DNA of 64,000 bases from Syncephalis fuscata S228 (Eukaryota; Fungi; Zoopagomycota). The stretch covers positions 855,314 through 919,313 of the forward strand of contig JAHLTZ010000004.1 of assembly GCA_025786725.1 (NCBI GenBank). Reading direction: 5' to 3'. Shown here in pieces: positions 1-13,303 of the stretch. The translations under genes and the position numbers were made by a program. The notes under the pieces are model-generated. The model was not told where the DNA came from and did not search any database. It saw nothing but the letters and a program-made list of their open reading frames with translations. The stretch's first letter is position 1. Each line of letters begins with the position of its first letter.

Positions 1-92
1 TGGGACCTAAAAGAATGTACAGATATATTATCTGCAGCGTTCTGTGCTTCTGACGACACCGCTTGATACCGGAAAGCTTCCGAATTAGGCAT
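1..92 (-). CDS. Possible 5' end of a gene running off the window edge (MPNSEAFRYQAVSSEAQNAADNISVHSFRS...)
   Basis: ATG at 92 on the minus strand, frame open to position 1, preceded by a pyrimidine-rich leader. No recognisable domain. Confidence 0.3.
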   Translation of the reverse strand, partial: MPNSEAFRYQAVSSEAQNAADNISVHSFRS

Positions 93-1723
93 GGAGTGCA
101 ATAGCAATTAGGTATTGCTTGCTTGTTTGTTTGTTTGTTAGGAGGATGGTTGAAGAGTAAGGACAGAGGTAAAAGAACGAACAAAAGAGTGAGTTGTAAG
201 AAAAGAGACTTTCTATCCAAGTATGTCACACTTCTTGAAACAGAACAGGAATTTACTATTCTCAGTGATACATAGACCGCTAGTAATAGTATTCAGGCTT
301 GAATTTGGTTACACTACTTGTTGAAATTGTTTGCTAGGATTGGCTCTTACCGTAGGATACGTTTCTATCATTGAAACAATTTATGGTAAACGGAGTGGCT
401 TCAATGTTGTCGTCATTACTCTGACTAATAGAAGTGAAAATAAATTTGCGTTCTATTAATGGTTTCACACTGTTATGATCTCAATGATTAGTTAGATCTT
501 TTTATAATTCGCTAATCCATGATTAAAACTAAATTATCGTGTGTTTTCAAAAGACTAAGGCCGTGACATAACACATGCAGATATAAGGTGTTATCGTCCA
601 ATAAAATCAATGCATTGCCAGGCCAGCGATGTCACGCATTTGCAGTACTCCAGAGTAATATGCAGCAATTTATGCATTTGTACGCAGCCATTGTTAGTCA
701 CAACATGCTTAGCATTAAAATGTGCCCATTCGGCTCGACCCGGTCCATATGAGCTCAGCTTGAGTATTATTAAATCGGAACTCAAAATATCTTTTTATAC
801 ATATTATCAATTCATTAATAATAACGATTAGCCTAAGTTTAGGTAGTACTGTGTTATTTCAATCTTTTTCTATGTTTCATTGCAGATTTAATAATAGTGT
901 AATGTATTTTAATACTGCCTATTACACTATTACAATTAAAAATTGCTAAACAAATAAAATATATTTAATTATTTATAGTTGAGCTGATAGCTTGGCCATT
1001 CTAGTAATAGTAGTAGCAATAGTACTAGGCTACCTTGAGTCATTAATAACGCATCATCAATTATGTAGGTTGATAGATGGTCGCATGCAAAAGTGACCCA
1101 CATATTATTGCTACGGCCATGTCTGTATATGCTGTTCCCATGACATCATACATTGGTTGTACGCCACTCTACAGAAATATAGTTATTTTTGTTTAATATG
1201 TGTAAAATTCTAAATTTAAATGTATAAAGCGTATTAAAATCCAACTGTATTAGTATTTTAATGATATACACATTAATCTAATACAGTACATCGCTCATCA
1301 TTAAAAAAAACAGGAGAATACAATGTATTCGATTTGTTTATTGTATCACGAGAACGGTTTACGAATGAAGATTAGCATGCACATTCATTGTCTCCTTGCT
1401 GCTGCATGCTGATTCTACAGACAAAGACATGCTAGCATGTGCCTGGATTAGATCCGGGCAAATATAAATTCTAGAATGCAAGAAATTAGGAGGTGCACTA
1501 GCCGATGTTTCGTACATTTTTATTATTGCTGATTATTGGTTTATTAATAAAAGAAATCGAGACTGTTACTAACTAGTGTATACGTGGACGTAAATGTAGC
1601 ATGTGCAAGTAGTGTCATCATCAACAACGGCATTATTATCACCGGGGCTAGACCTCCTTACTCTAGTCGCCTCTGCCATGCCAGCCAATCGTTTCTGCGG
1701 GCGATGAATGGCCGAGGCCTTCA

Positions 1724-1746
1724 TGTGTGTGTGTGTGTGTGTGTGT
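1724..1746. repeat. (TG)n microsatellite
   Basis: Direct reading of about 11 TG units. Confidence 0.9.
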
Positions 1747-3705
1747 TGTATTCTTGCTTGTTGTTCGTGCTGGTTTTAGACGTGTGGATATGGCAGCACG
1801 CGCAGTTTAGCTATGAGCCGCGACAAGCACTCACGTCAAATACCATGCTATTATTGATTTGGCTTCTTTGGCCTTTGGCTCTGTGCTCGAGAATAGTGCG
1901 AATGCGTAGATGGCAAGCGCGCTAGGCAGGTAGTTGCATCGTGTTGGTGGCGCTTCAGTCAGATTTAAAACATATATTTAGCGATGATGCTGTTGCCCAT
2001 TGTTGGTGTACACACCAGCCACCAAATTCCTTAATCTTTTTATCAATTTGCAATACACCCACTTTTCCCATCTATTCGTTCTTTACCATTTATCTTTACG
2101 CTTTTGATGCCTTGTCACTAGTGTATTTCTTTCCCGTACGCTCGTTTTCTTCGCAGCAACATCTGCCTTATCACTATCGACTGGAATTTACTTTTTACCA
2201 GCTTTTAGTGAAATTGTACTGACGTGCTGCGCTTTTCCGCCATTCGGATATAATTACAAAAGTAACGACATCTGAGATAACTAAACCATTAACTTATTGA
2301 ATTATTGAATATATCATCTTGTAATACGCTGTTGACTCTGGTATTTGTACCAAGTTATCTAGGCCGTAGTAGTGACCATTTCCAGTGACATAGCCATACA
2401 GTGTACGTATTAATTTCATTTTTTTACCATATTAAGCACCACTATTTATTTAAACAACAATATGATTCTTACACGCAATATACCACATCGCTACTTAATT
2501 ATAACATGTCGATATTAATGGTTGAGACATATGGTTTAACAGTTTACATGACATATTAATTACAGGATGAGAAAAGGGTAAAACGATCTTACCAAGCAAT
2601 GGCGATAACTGTTTATATTTGTAAAATGTTGTAACCATCTTCCTACTGAGAGTAAAAGCGTTGAACAGATTGGTGACAATGCAACGCACCTTCTCGTACA
2701 AGACTTTTGGCTGGAAAGCTCATTGTTAAATGGCGCCATAAGAACAACGTGATACTGCATGTTACCTACTATAGGTATCAATTCATTTGCTGCATTGGCT
2801 TGCATGCTATGAGCAACAATGGACAAGTCTAGACCCTCTAGCGGGCATACTATTGCCTATACATTGATCTAGACCGCGTCCATTGCTTTGCTTTTTGTAG
2901 TTTTTCCGTATATAGCAAGGCACGAGGAAAATAAGAGAGAAGATTGGTTACACGGACCGCCGATCTATTTATCGCTCATACTTGACTTGTGCTTTTGCAA
3001 GTACGGCTTTTTTCTCTTTTGTTAATTTTATTGCTGTGCTGTCGATAAGTTTTATATTTTTCAATTCCAGGCGCTACTATGTTTATGATAATTAGGAGTA
3101 TCAAAGCTATTATTGGTAGGCATCTATTCATTCTGAAGTGTAGCAAACATTAGAGCTCGTCAAAAATGAATGGCTAAAGTACAATTATTTAACAATTCAC
3201 TTGAACTTGAGATTTCCGATGTACTAAGTAGAAATTACTTTCAAAACAGTTCTATTGGTGCAAGTCGTTTGCGGCACCTTTGCCAACCATTGTTGCTTGA
3301 ATTAATTTGCCACTATGCCGATCAGGTTTAGTCATGTGTCTCTGCTTATTCTGATCAGGTTATTTCCTTAGCCTATGGCATATTTTTTTAGTTAATATAT
3401 ATAACAAGTTTTTATTATTATCCACTAGTAAACTTACTAACGCACTTTGTTCTATTTATTATTCCTTTTTACATAGATATTTTTACTTGTAATTGATTTA
3501 TTTCAATAGCGTTTTACTGACACGACAGTAATAACAAAGACAGCTGCAACAAAAATCTTTAATAATAATAATAGTAGTAGTAATAACAATAATACCCGTA
3601 GTAAAGTTGCAGCAGAAGCAAACATTCGCAAATCCACTATTTCGTATTAATACATACTAAAAAAGTGTATAGTTTATTGTGATTATTACTGCTAACAGTA
3701 ATACT

Positions 3706-6700
3706 ATGACGGTCGAACTATCGTTGCTGCAAGGCTCTCAAACAGGGCCAGAGTTGATTGATGCGTTGGACATACTTCATATGCAATTAGAACAGCTAGT
3801 CAACTCACCTCCAAAATACTTTCGACATCTTTGTGACACTATAAGAATTCTTTTGGATGCACCATTAGTTTCTTTTCTATATCCAGTAGCCGTGGATCCT
3901 CTTATGAACCACCATCTTTATCGCACCTATGGATTTCCTATAATGGAACCTGATGCAGATGTGCTACCTGGGGAGAAACTTCCCTCCGATGGAGCCATTT
4001 TTTCTTTTGAACCATACGCAACACGATTCCATCGATTGATGCTTGCTAGCGGATTTGCTCGTCTCGAGGTAGGCGAGAGTGAAGATGGTACTGTAGAGAC
4101 ACCTGATTGGTGGCCACGTACAATTGCTACTTCATGTGATGAAAAGCAAGCCAGTCCAGGTGAAACAATAAGCTATACAGATTCGGCATCGTCGCCTACG
4201 TCCAATTTACCAACTTTGCTGGAAAATAATCCCGGCAAAAGCTTGATAAAAATGTTCAGTCAATTTGCAAAAAGTGGCACGGCATACATAGGTCACCTTA
4301 TTAGGCTGTCATTTTCGCAAATACCGGCGGAACACTTGGAGAATGACACCGAAACAAGCAATTCTAGTTTGCCACCGCGATTAGGAAGTTTATTCTGTAT
4401 CTTTCTTCCTAATACGTCGCTGGATAAATTTCCATTGGAAACACGGCAAGCCCGAAAGATTGAAGTAGACTGGACATTACGTTTGGTCAACTCATGGCTT
4501 GATGCCATTTTTGCTAATGAGTTTTCTCATCTTGGCACTGAAGATGACCGTCCAATGGACATACTAAACAGCAAGTCGCTGCAATCGCACATGGCCGGTA
4601 GAAATCGTAAACGAACAGCGGAGTGTGCACTTGATCAAAATGACAATGCTGGTAAAACAAGTGCCAGTGCTAGCAAATTGTTCGATAGTGCTTCAACGGA
4701 TCTAACTCATAAATTGTCAAGTACAATTACAAGCCCAAGTGAAGAACCGGTTCAGAAACGTGTTAGGCTACGACGAGAAAGTCAACATCTTCAAGGCATT
4801 CAAATGGCTCATGATCATACAAATGACTCTGAGCGCTATTTTTCATATATGAATCGAGACGATGTGTTTGGTAAGTCTGGCGTAGCATCCGAACCATTCC
4901 ACTTCAGTTTTGGCGCGTTCATAAAACCACCCACTTATTCGACACTCGATCATTTCTCACTACAAACTGGTCGTCGTCTTTATTGTAATAATAATGATAA
5001 TGATAATGGTGCCATTGATGCTTCTACTGATGATTCGCAAAAAATCGCCTCTCATTTACTCAAGTTTTCTGAAATTTCGTATCTTGCGCATGCGCAATTG
5101 AATGAATCATCCGTGGTCTCAGAAATATTATATGGTTCGTAGCTATATTGACTGCTCTTTATGATCTATTATTACAAAATATGATTATGTAATCGTAGTA
5201 CACCTTGTTTCAATATCTTTTTTCTAACAAATATGCAATTTTATAATATTATCATTTACTTCTTTGCGCCTATTAATATGTAATTTAACAATTTACTAAC
5301 ATTTCTATTGTATTTTGTTTGATATAGCGCGTTTTTCGCATGAACTAAGGTAAGTTTAACTTTAATTGAATGTATAGTTTACATTAACATAATAAATAAT
5401 TACAGAACACCGCTGCAGACTATTGCATCTGTTGCGCAGTTAATGCAAACAGTTTTGGAGGTAAATCCACCGGAAACTGAACAAGTGTCCAATGCCGATA
5501 TTGCACGTACCTCAGACATTATAGAGGCGCGTGGACAACTGCGTATTATCTTAGCGGCATCTGAGAAGATAACGCGAATGATTGATGATTTAATTGATTT
5601 GATATTCTGGAGTACAACAGGCGTACCAACCGTGTCAGTTTTAGAAATACGAACAATCTCTGTCAAGGAAATGGTCAATATGGCTTTTTCACGCGTTGAA
5701 GAATCCTTGAATATTGGCGGATTTCTTGAACAAGATTCAATTAAAACCGAGTATAATTCTTCGGTTGTTAGCGATACTGCATCAGCATCAATTAGCTCAT
5801 CTTCAAAACTTATGAACATTTCGATGCGTCTAGAAATAGATGATGGATTTCCCGAATGGATTCAAGGTAATTTACAAAATAACCAATCCAAGTTTACTAA
5901 TCTCCTAATTGTTACAATATCTAGTTGATCGCAACAAAATCATGCGTGTATTAAAACATCTTATCCGCAATGCTTGTCAGGTATAGTAAATACCTGTGTT
6001 AATAACAATATTATTTAAACTAATTTATTGCATAAAATTAGGCTGTTGGTTCAAAAGGCGAAGTCATTGTACGTGTATCGTTGAAAGACGGCGATGCTAC
6101 AATCTCGGATAATAGCAATATCTCTCAAACTACTGAGAACAAACAATTTATTATTTTTAGTGTTATTGTAAGTAACTAATGTGCTATTGTTTTAAAATAT
6201 TTATTAACTCATTTCTATTGTAAACTAATAATAACAATAACATTAATAACAATGATGATATAGGATAATGGCAGTGGAATAACTAAAGAGGCTTGTAAGC
6301 AGCTGTTTGTTCTTAATTCGGACCATGGTGATCCTAGTCATGAGGGAGCAGGTAAGCATTTTAAACTATTAAATGATATTCTGACCCATTAATAGCTCGT
6401 TATTCTATTCAATCGCCAACCTTACTAACCTCTACATCTACACTGCCTATAAATTATATATGTGCCAACAATAACGATGGATATTCAGGTATGGGACTTG
6501 TTGTTAGCAAAGGTCTCGTTCAATCAATGTCTGGCGATCTATGGCTAGAAAATACAACGGTTGGCAAAGGAAGCGAGTTTTGTGTCCGTATTCCACTTTA
6601 TACGACACCACAGAGATCGACCTCTCCAACGACGTCAAATCCATCCGCAACATCACCAATTAACAATTCACACAATGAATTAAGTGAATTGGTTAAATCA

Positions 6701-7447
6701 AACGCCATGGAGCTTGATAGTGTTGTACATGATAATAATAGTAACACTATTGATATCGATAACAATTCATCTAAAAAAAATGATGTCGATAACGCTACTG
6801 ATGATATAACAAGCGATGAAATAATACCAGTACAACAGCATCGGCAACAGCAACATTTTAATGAAATTCAATCAATTGCCGAACTACGTGTTTTAGTAGT
6901 CGAGGACAATTTTGTTGTTCGTAAACTCATTGTACGTATGCTTGGTCGACTTGGTTTGGTCAACGTTGTGGAATGTGAGAATGGTCTCGTAGCAGTACAG
7001 CAGTGTCAAAAAGACTACTACGATCTTGTTTTAATGGATTGTGGCATGCCAGTGTAAGTTATATTTGACATGTTTTATTATTATTTGCTTAAACGCATTC
7101 ATAGAATGGATGGCTTTGAAGCATCACGCCAAATCCGTAAAATGTATGGTACGCCCGTTGATAATACCGATTCTTCTTCAAAGGAAATAGCCAATTCATG
7201 TCAAAGCTGTCAAGAAAATCAATGCAAGATTTCCAAGTCGGCATCCGCACTTACTTATTGCAAGGATGCGTTGCCACGTATGCGCATTGTTGCCGTCACA
7301 GCCAATGCTAGTTACGCGCATCGTCAACGTGTACTCCAATCTGGCATCGATTACTGCATTCTTAAGCCAATTCGTTTTGATGACCTACAAGAGGTAGTAC
7401 GCCAGCTGGCCACGGAACGTAATTTTGCCTTTAAAAATACTATTTAA
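3706..7447 (+). CDS. Hybrid two-component histidine kinase (long N-terminal region, HisKA, HATPase_c, receiver), about 8 exons
   Basis: Spliced reading gives H-box ARFSHELRTPL (22-nt microexon 5328-5349), N-box RVLKHLIRNACQ (5925-5980), G1 DNGSGI (about 6264), G2 EGAGMGLVVSKGLV, and receiver LVVEDN...LVLMDCGMPVMDG...AVTANA...ILKPI. Introns are canonical GT-AG. Confidence 0.92.
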
Positions 7448-7863
7448 GTAGCTTCCTCTCGTTGCTTTTCTTACTTTTTTCTCCTCTTGCCAGTGTCGTT
7501 TAATTCTTGTAATATTCAAGATGACCATGACGACACCGATGATAATGATGCCGTATCATTTCCACCGCGACTTTCCGAAGGTGGCCTTGTGTTTTTGATA
7601 TTGCTATTCGTCTACTTTATCATCTCTAATTTTTTGCGCGCTTGCTCATTTCTTTATCTGTGGCATTGCTTAACGCTTTGCGGTTTTGTAGGCTAAGCAA
7701 TGGTGAATCTCTTCAACGTCACCTACGCTCACTCTATTAATATTGAACTTTATTTCAATAATTTGCATTTATTTTTATTTAAAATATTCCTAAGTCAATG
7801 AAAACGTCATACATAGCCTTGTTAAATGAATAAAAAGTCATAATTGGCTGTGCTAGATGCTCA

Positions 7864-7991
7864 TTAGATTTCATGCTCTGTAAGTAGCATATTAGCCACA
7901 CCATCTTTAATTCGGTAGATGTGTCCACATCCATCGCATATCATTTTGCCTTCAATAATACGCGTCTAATTATCATATTAATTAATTAGCA

Positions 7992-8022
<31 letters not shown>

Positions 8023-8375
8023 CGCTTACTTCTAATAGAATCTTGTGAAGAGCATTTAATACTGTCTCATTCATGTCTTCAGGCATCTGTTCAGGAAGCT
8101 CTGTAATACCAAGCTATATAACAAATCAAAATAAGTAACCTATATAAACACTACTTTCTGCTGCTATCTCTTGCCGATCATCGTGTACCTACCTGAATTG
8201 CCGTGGTGCGAAGGGCCGTCCAATCGATTTTTGGTAACATACCAATAAGAAAATCGGCATTCATCTCAGTTCTTTCCTCGGTGTCCAGTTGAACCTCTTC
8301 AAAACGTAGTGGATAGTTGTTCGTGGTACAACCACGAGCGTGGCATTGAAGCATATTATGCGTTAAAAGTCTCAT
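7864..8375 (-). CDS. TRM112: Trm112 methyltransferase activator, 3 exons
   Basis: N-terminus MRLLTHNMLQCHARGC...YPL; C-terminus EGKMICDGCGHIYRIKDGVANMLLTEHEI*; two GT-AG introns. Confidence 0.93.
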
Positions 8376-8513
8376 GGTGAACAAGAATGAAGTAAAGTAG
8401 AAAAAAAAACAAATATTTTTTGTGTGTCTATTATTTTGTCTTTTATGTAAAGTTATTTAATCAATCAAGTGTTCAATTAGTGTTTATTGTTTATCAAAAG
8501 ATGCAAATCAATT

Positions 8514-10534
8514 TTAAGCAGAGGTGGGATTTTCATAAGCAGCTGAATGAACTGCTTGAGCACGACCTGATGGATCCTCTGGACAACCTAAATAAATAAA
8601 TAATTAAAATAAAAAGCAAGTTAATAATTAAATAAAGCTATAATACAATTACTATGGCTTACCCCAATCAGCACGCGGAATCCAACGTACTACAGTGCTG
8701 GCTGTAGCTTGGCCAGGGAATTGTTTTTCAAATATATCGCGGTACCAATAGGCTTCTTTGGTCTTTGGTGTGTCCTCTGGCCAGCGAGCAGCACTCTGGC
8801 CAAACGCTTCATCGCTTACAAGTGCTGCAGCTTGATCGCGAAGTGAATCGATCCAGCTGTAGCCGACACCATCGGAGAACTGTTCCTTTTGGCGCCAAAG
8901 AATATGCTCAGGTAGATACGGCTTTTCTGGTGTATCAAATGCTTTACGTAGAATATATTTCTCTGCACGGTCCGACAAAATAAGCTTGTCCTTAGGATCA
9001 ATCGTCATACAAGCATCCAAGAAGTCGCGATCTAAAAATGGCACGCGGGCCTCAAGACCCCATGCCATAGTCGACTTATTGGCACGTAGACAATCGGCTG
9101 TATGAAGGTTTTTGACACGTTGCACTGTTTCTGCGTGGAAATCAGCCGGTGTTGGTGCTTTGTGGAAATAGAGATATCCTAATTAAATGTAAAATAAACA
9201 TATAACAATAAAAATATTAATAAATATACTATTAACGCTAATTAGTATTAATAACACTTACCGCCAAAGATTTCATCACTGCCTTCACCGCTAAGTACCA
9301 TTTTCACGCCCATCGATTTAATTTTACGACTAAGTAGGTACATAGGTGTACTAGCACGAATAGTAGTCACATCATATGTCTCCAGATGATTGATAACATC
9401 AGCAATGGCATCGTGGCCTTCTTGCAGCGTGAATGTAAACTCATGATGGGCCGTGTTTAAGAATTTAGCCACTTCGCGTGCCGCCACAAGGTCCGGCGAG
9501 TTAAGAAGTCCGACGCTGAAGGAGTGGAGCTTTGGAAAACCCGTGAGACCATCTACTAACATTAGTTAATCGTCTATTCGCACGCACTTTTGCAAGTTCA
9601 CATACTCATATCAATATTTTTTTCGATAGAACTGTTAGCTTCCTGGCGTAATTTCTCAGCTTCACGTACAGCAATACTGGCAATAAGACTTGAGTCAAGG
9701 CCACCGCTCAACAGTACACCATATGGCACTTCGCTCATTAAACGCTTGCGGACTGCAGCCTCAAGATGTGTACGAATTGAAGTAAGATCGGCCGGTGTCG
9801 TAGGTACTTTAGCGCCATCCCACCAGATTGGCTGGTAGTAGCGGGTCGTTTCCCCTGTCAACGAGTCAAAAACATGACCAGGAGGGAACGACTCAAGATG
9901 GTCGCACTCTTCGTGGAGTGCTTTCATTTCTGAGGCAAAGTATAGCGTATCTGGATGTGCGCTATGATGGCCACGATAAAGCGTTGTAATGCCAATGGGG
10001 TCCCGTGCAGCAATAACACGCTGTTTGCGTGTATCTACAAGCACAAAACTAAACATGCCATCCAGTAAATTGACTAGATCGATGCCCATTTCCTCGTACT
10101 ATATTATGTTATTAGCAATAAATACGTCATAAATAAATAACTCACCAAATAGATAATAACTTCACAATCCGATTGTGTCTTAAAGACAATATCTTTGCGC
10201 TTTAGTTGTTTGCGCAGAGCAAGATGGTTGTAGATCTCGCCGTTTACCGAAAGAATAATTGTACCGTCGGCATTGGTCAATGGTTGGGCGCCACTATCTA
10301 TATTCACGTTAAAATCGCTCAATTGCAAAAACAATACGCAATAGTTGCTGGTTGGTTATACTTACCAACACCAACAATGGCTAATCGCTCGTGAGCAATA
10401 ATATGTTGACCCGAGATAATACAGCCACTCCAGTCAGGACCACGGTGGCGGATCGACTTGGACATCTCCAAAACGCGGTGGCGATATTGCTCGGCATCGC
10501 CGTGGTAGTTGAAAACAGCACAAATACCACACAT
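8514..10534 (-). CDS. ASN1: Glutamine-dependent asparagine synthetase, about 6 exons
   Basis: Ntn start [69 protein letters not shown]. Confidence 0.97.
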
Positions 10535-11573
10535 AGCAGCAGTTGAAAGTTATAAAAAGAAAAAAGCGGTAATAACGGAATAAAACGAAGGGCCAGCTAT
10601 AGAAGCAATGAGCTATAGCGCAAGTTATGCTGGACATTAAATAGGGGGCGGTAACACAGATGATAGATGGATCAATCAATCAATCTCAGCATTGCTGCCA
10701 ACCGGATGGCAACGGAGCAAGTCGGGGTATTGATAGGCCGTGGCGTTCTCATCGCTATTAGGCAGTATGAAACGATTGATAGGTAAGAACAGAAGCCATG
10801 CCAATGTTTGAAACCGGTTATCACTGTTGGCAAGCGACAACTATTTTATTAATATAAACGAAGTATATAGCAAACGCGACTAATTAAATAAATAGCAAAA
10901 CAAGTTGAAATATCTAACAGGCACAAGAAATGATAGAATGCTAGAATAATTGTGTATTATTTTAGTAAAACACGGTATTTATCATTTAATTTGGATTACA
11001 ACTCAATATACTATAATCATAATAAGAAAAGGTAGAAATGCCAAGCGGAGCATTGTATAAATATTTAGATTAGGCGCCTGACTTATTAGAGTAGGTGCCT
11101 GATAGTCAGGCAATATGCACCTGATGGGAATAAATGTAAACGAGGCTTATATTACTATTAATTATACTTTTATATCCCTTGATGAGTAAGCTTTATAATT
11201 ACACAATATAACAAATTATATATATATTCTTTTTAACCATCATAACAGTTTAATAGATACAATTAATTAATCGATGTATAAATAAGGTTTTATTATTAAA
11301 CATTAATGAAAACTTTGATAGTTTCAATGTATTAAAAATGCAGTTTATTATTTTAATTAATGCAACATTTATTACATTTCTACAGCATCAAAGATGATTA
11401 TTGTTTTAATTAATGTTCATAATAAAATTTTGCTTTTACATTTATTTATTTATTTACTACTACGCTTTTATGGCAGTTAAAAATATAATTAAATAAATAG
11501 ATATAATTTATTCGTGTTTAGTTCCAAAATGATATTGCTTATTATACTAAATAAAAACAACGCGTAATAATTA

Positions 11574-13034
11574 TTATCGGCCAACTGCTGCCAAACTTGG
11601 TTTCCGTAAGCGACGTTGTCCATTTAATGGAGAAGAATTCTGAGTTGCTCGGGAGATGTGATGGCGCGGCACAACAACCACTGATGAAACTGCCTCTTGC
11701 AGATCACGACTATCTTCATTACCGTCACCGTGGTTTAAACTGGGAAATACTGATAGTCTGCTCAAGTGTAGATTTGAATCAGAGTATTCTAAAGAACTAG
11801 GCGGTGGATCGGCCAAAATTGAAGAATTTACCGGTGTGTAATAAAAACTTTCTCGTTCAGACATTGCAGGTGGTGGTAAAACTGATGTCTGTGAAATGTT
11901 TACTGCCCATGACAAATTCTCTGTATTTGTTTCGATCGTACAGGGCGATGGATTGGTGTTTATTGCATATCGATACTCATTACTTTTACTGTTGTTTATG
12001 GTATTAATACCGATACAGTTGCTTTCATTATTACTTGTTGTTATTGGATGGCCGATGACAGTTGCATGTAATACACTGGGTCTGGCCTTTTCAAATATAG
12101 TTTCGGGTGCTTTGCCGCAGCAATGTTTAAATAAAATACGAAAACTATCACTATCGGTAGAAAAGGCGAAAAAGTCTAGAATGCCTAATAGTGAGCTTAA
12201 AATGTCGCCCATCATTTGACTATCTAATTCTTTTTGGCGTACTTCAGGCGACCAGTCGCTTGGATCGGGGCCAGCCGGTGCCCATGCATCTCCAGGAGCA
12301 TTGGCATATTCGTGAAAGCTAAGGTAAACATGAAAGACACCGGCAACACCAATGTTAAGACACACGACCAAAAGCCGGATAATAACACTGATGGGCAGTA
12401 AACGCGCGTCCAAATAGCGTAACATGTGCCGCCATCGTAATAGAAATTGTAGAACACTTGCGAGTAGCATACCAAGACAGACAGCCGTTGGTAAAATGCC
12501 CCATGCAGCGTCAGAACCAATTAATTGCCAGCGCACCGAGTACGCATACCGGCAATCGTAGATACCTGTTTTCCGCATGGCCGGCCATAATTGTAGTTGT
12601 GGCAGTACACCTAAAATGGCCGGAATTATTGGCACCAAGTAAGCAAGCCAGCTAGTCCATTTATCAATATGCTTCCAACTATCGGTCGCGTTAAACATGC
12701 CGGTTTCTTGGCGGATAACCGCACGCCAAATACGACAAGCAAATCCAGCGGCAAATATTTGCATAGCCCGTGGTGCGTAAAGAGCAATCGATCGTCGGGT
12801 AAAACAGGCCGCGACGGGTGCGTCAATCATCATTACCCCGTAGAGTGTTAGATGAATTAACTGCGATAGATGATACAAGACCATAACAACCGAGTACCGA
12901 GCAATGAACCAACGATGTAGCTTTGCCTGCGTATAGCAGACACACAATGCTCCAATCAATGAAAATATATGGAACACGATAATGACCACCTCTATCGATG
13001 TTGGCGGTACCATCGAATCTATCATATCGTACAT
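11574..13034 (-). CDS. Intronless 7-TM GPCR-like protein (Git3/cAMP-receptor-like) with a long Ser/Asn-rich C-tail
   Basis: Seven hydrophobic segments; Cys at the top of TM3 (AACF) and in ECL2 (YDCRY); TM7 SSLLGILDFFAF. First ATG at 13034 (the ORF track starts at an upstream TTG). Confidence 0.75.
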   Translation of the reverse strand: MYDMIDSMVPPTSIEVVIIVFHIFSLIGALCVCYTQAKLHRWFIARYSVVMVLYHLSQLIHLTLYGVMMIDAPVAACFTRRSIALYAPRAMQIFAAGFACRIWRAVIRQETGMFNATDSWKHIDKWTSWLAYLVPIIPAILGVLPQLQLWPAMRKTGIYDCRYAYSVRWQLIGSDAAWGILPTAVCLGMLLASVLQFLLRWRHMLRYLDARLLPISVIIRLLVVCLNIGVAGVFHVYLSFHEYANAPGDAWAPAGPDPSDWSPEVRQKELDSQMMGDILSSLLGILDFFAFSTDSDSFRILFKHCCGKAPETIFEKARPSVLHATVIGHPITTSNNESNCIGINTINNSKSNEYRYAINTNPSPCTIETNTENLSWAVNISQTSVLPPPAMSERESFYYTPVNSSILADPPPSSLEYSDSNLHLSRLSVFPSLNHGDGNEDSRDLQEAVSSVVVVPRHHISRATQNSSPLNGQRRLRKPSLAAVGR

Positions 13035-13268
13035 GGTGAACAAGGATTACAATAGAATAAGGGGCAAGCCAAAAGTAAAGAAATCGACGGCAACACAACT
13101 ATTCTGAGGATGGATTTAAATTCGCGTCAAGCGTTGGCAGTTTGCAAAAAGGATCAACCTCCTTGCTTTTACAAATGTGATATGGTTAACAAAGTAATGC
13201 TTAAGTACTGCGCTATTTAAAATAATGAGGTTTTTTCCCTGTAACACTAAAAATAGGCAGTCCAGTCG

Positions 13269-13303
13269 TGTGTGTTTGCGTGTTTGCGTGTGTGTGTGTG
13301 TGT
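13269..13303. repeat. Compound (TG)n microsatellite upstream of the GPCR
   Basis: Direct reading. Confidence 0.8.

Noticed and set aside
591-2826. Short ORFs upstream of the histidine kinase
   Set aside because: Mostly non-ATG starts, microsatellite-derived or low-complexity translations, no domains.
11070-11125. Short direct and inverted repeats (TAGGYGCCTGA x2; CCTGAC/GTCAGG) upstream of ASN1
   Set aside because: Too short to distinguish from chance and no recognised factor motif.
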